DNA of 64,000 nucleotides from Halodesulfurarchaeum sp. (lineage in GTDB: Archaea > Halobacteriota > Halobacteria > Halobacteriales > Halobacteriaceae): positions 1,152,001 through 1,216,000 of the forward strand of contig JAXHNL010000002.1 of the NCBI GenBank assembly GCA_034520565.1. The letters run 5' to 3'. The position numbers and the translations under genes were made by a program. This document shows positions 62,020 to 64,000 of the stretch, piece after piece. How positions within the stretch are numbered: position 1 is the stretch's first letter; each line of letters starts with the position of its first letter. The notes under the pieces are model-generated. The model was not told the DNA's origin, did not search any database, and saw only the letters and a program-made list of their open reading frames with translations.

Positions 62020-62406
62020 GTTCGTGTGTTCAAATCCTTTCTATGTGCGCTTCGCTCGGGGCAAAACGGTGCCGCTCGCTGCAGTGCTCGCGGTTCCACC
62101 GCTTGCAAAATCAAGACACTCGCTCCGCTCGTGTCTCGCATGCTCGACGGGATTTGAACCCGATGGCAAATCCCCCCTATCGGTCGGATTTGCGTGGTTC
62201 AAATCCCATTCCGGCGCATTTTCTCACTTCGTTCGAAACGTGCTCGCGGTTCCACCGCTCGCAAAATCGAGACACTCGCCTCGCTCGTGTCTCGCATGCT
62301 CGACGGGATTCGAACCGCGATGGCGAATCCTCACTGCGTTCGGATTCGCGTGGCTCAAATCCCTTCCGTGCGCGCTTCGCTCGCTCAAAACGTTCGCTCG
62401 CTGCAG
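62020..62406. repeat. Tandem composite hairpin repeats downstream of tRNA-Glu
   Basis: Units about 156 bp apart starting gcaaaatc(g/a)agacac at 62105 and 62261, each containing tgctcgacgggatt(t/c)gaacc. Confidence 0.85.
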
Positions 62407-62481
<75 letters not shown>

Positions 62482-62598
62482 GCATCCGTTCCTATCCCGG
62501 GTTTGTGTATAAAACCGTCGAATCGGTGCCTCCCGGCTCCCAAATCTTTAGCCGGCTCGGAACGTTTCCTGGGGCCGATCCACACCGAGCCGACCGGA

Positions 62599-63945
62599 TT
62601 ACTCCTCGTCGATCTCCTCTTCTTCCTCGTCTTGGCCCGCCTCGTTCACCGTGCGCTTCACGTCGACCTGGTAGTGCTGAAGGATGTCCCGACCGAGGAT
62701 CATCGGGTAGTCCATGTGGGCTCGATCCTCAAGACTCGCTGGAACCGTGTGACGATCGCCGCCGATGCCGACCACGATGTCGACTACCGGTCGGGATTTT
62801 CCAGCTTTCGTGCTGCCCGACCTGACCTTCGTCATGCTCTTGATCGGCCCCGCGCCGATATCTGCAGCGAGTCGGGTGTCGATGCTGGTGCGTGAAGCGC
62901 CGGTGTCGGACTTCGCGACGATCCGCTCGGTTCCGGACGTCCCGCTCACGAGCACCTCCTCGGTGTAGCCGATGGTGCTCCGATCCCGGTCGGGTATCGG
63001 CTCGGTTCTCGTCACTCGTTCCGGCATCGAGTCGTCGAGTACCCCGGAGAGCTGTTCGAGTTTCGATTCGTCGACGGAGGCGCCCGCCGTCTCGATGGCG
63101 AGTTTGGCGATCGCCGCGGCGGGGTTGATTCCGGTCGCATCGAAGAAGCCCCGAAATCCAGCGGTGGGATTGACCTCCAGGAGGTACCACCCATCGACCC
63201 CCTCGACGAGATCGACCCCGGCGTAATCGAGACCAGTCAACTCGGTCGCCTCGATGGCCATCTCCACTGCTTCCGCCGGCGGGTTCTCCACGACCTCGAA
63301 CTCCCCGCCCAGGGCCACGTTCGTCCGCCAGTCGTTGTCTGGCGCGTATCGGCGCATGGTCCCGATGATTTCGCCGTCGACGACGTAGATCCGCAGGTCG
63401 GAGTGGCGCTGGTGTTCGTTCTGCTCGATGAGTTCCTGGAGGAAGGCGTAGCGATCGCCGACCCGCGGATTGACCGACTCGTTTCGGCCGATCTTCCAGG
63501 TCCCGCCTCCGTGTGTGCCGATCGCGGTTTTGTACACCACCTCGTCGCCAAATTTCGTCCGAAGATCGTTCAACCGGTCGACGTCGAGGGCGAGCACCGA
63601 GTCGGGAATGCGGACCTTCGACTCGGCCATCGAAGTGGCAGTGGCGAACTTGTGAAACGCGGTGAGGACGTTCTCGGGCCTGTTGAGCATCGGTCGGAGT
63701 CGCGACAGGCTCTTGCCGAGGCCCAGCAACTCCGCTGGCTGTTCGGTACTCGAGAGCAGAAGTCGGTTGACGATGATATCCACGTCCGGTTCGATCCTGA
63801 CCGATCCGTCTTCGATTTCGACGACCAGGTTGTCACCTCGCAGCCAATGCCCTTCGTGTCCCAGGTCGTTGATGATGTTGAGAATTGCCTTGGATTCCTT
63901 GCTGTTGTGCAAACTGAGGACGCCGACGGAGACCGTCTCGCTCAT
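62599..63945 (-). CDS. rimK: RimK family ATP-grasp ligase fused to an aspartic-protease-like (RimB/DUF785) domain
   Basis: GTHGGG, LQE, DLRIYVV, WRTNVALGG, GVDL, EVNPTAGF; C-terminal AKSDTGA, RAHMDYPMILGRD. Confidence 0.8.
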   Translation of the reverse strand: MSETVSVGVLSLHNSKESKAILNIINDLGHEGHWLRGDNLVVEIEDGSVRIEPDVDIIVNRLLLSSTEQPAELLGLGKSLSRLRPMLNRPENVLTAFHKFATATSMAESKVRIPDSVLALDVDRLNDLRTKFGDEVVYKTAIGTHGGGTWKIGRNESVNPRVGDRYAFLQELIEQNEHQRHSDLRIYVVDGEIIGTMRRYAPDNDWRTNVALGGEFEVVENPPAEAVEMAIEATELTGLDYAGVDLVEGVDGWYLLEVNPTAGFRGFFDATGINPAAAIAKLAIETAGASVDESKLEQLSGVLDDSMPERVTRTEPIPDRDRSTIGYTEEVLVSGTSGTERIVAKSDTGASRTSIDTRLAADIGAGPIKSMTKVRSGSTKAGKSRPVVDIVVGIGGDRHTVPASLEDRAHMDYPMILGRDILQHYQVDVKRTVNEAGQDEEEEEIDEE

Positions 63946-64000
63946 ACCGGAACCAGGGGTGCAAAGGGGATAAACGGCCCCCTCCCGCGGTCCGATTTGG

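Noticed and set aside
62020-62406. Possible CRISPR array
   Set aside because: Units are long composite hairpins without unique constant-length spacers, and no cas genes are present.

Overview
High-GC window from a halophilic archaeon (class Halobacteria), inferred from acidic proteins, Bat/HTH-10 regulators, archaeal tRNAs and a PGF-CTERM-like tail; the gene content suggests an anaerobically respiring lineage. Left to right: a LysW-type arg/lys cluster (argC-B-D-E); tRNA-Leu(CAA); a complete Tat-exported [NiFe] uptake hydrogenase operon (small, large, cytochrome b, protease, hypCDEABF) followed by a Fec/Btu-type ABC importer and a ZIP transporter; a CBS/CGL-type sulfur amino acid pair; a KhtTU-type antiporter; copA/copZ; and a complete archaeal outside-facing nitrate reductase (pNar) operon with Rieske/cytochrome b. 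Next is a block of poorly characterised genes (YwiC-like, DUF438-hemerythrin-PAS, DUF2249, multi-TM protein, DUF59-like, HTH-10, SRPBCC, radical SAM/SPASM, ubiquitin-fold protein without GG), most of them preceded at a near-fixed distance by a CGAA-N4-TTCG palindrome. The window ends with redox genes, an FNT channel, a toxin-antitoxin pair inside a repeat array, tRNA-Glu(TTC) and a RimK-protease fusion. Both tRNAs are followed by clusters of hairpins with variable stems and a conserved GA-NN-GNA-NN-GA cap. Five genes carry small indels that look like sequencing errors. All calls come from motif recognition by eye; no searches were run.
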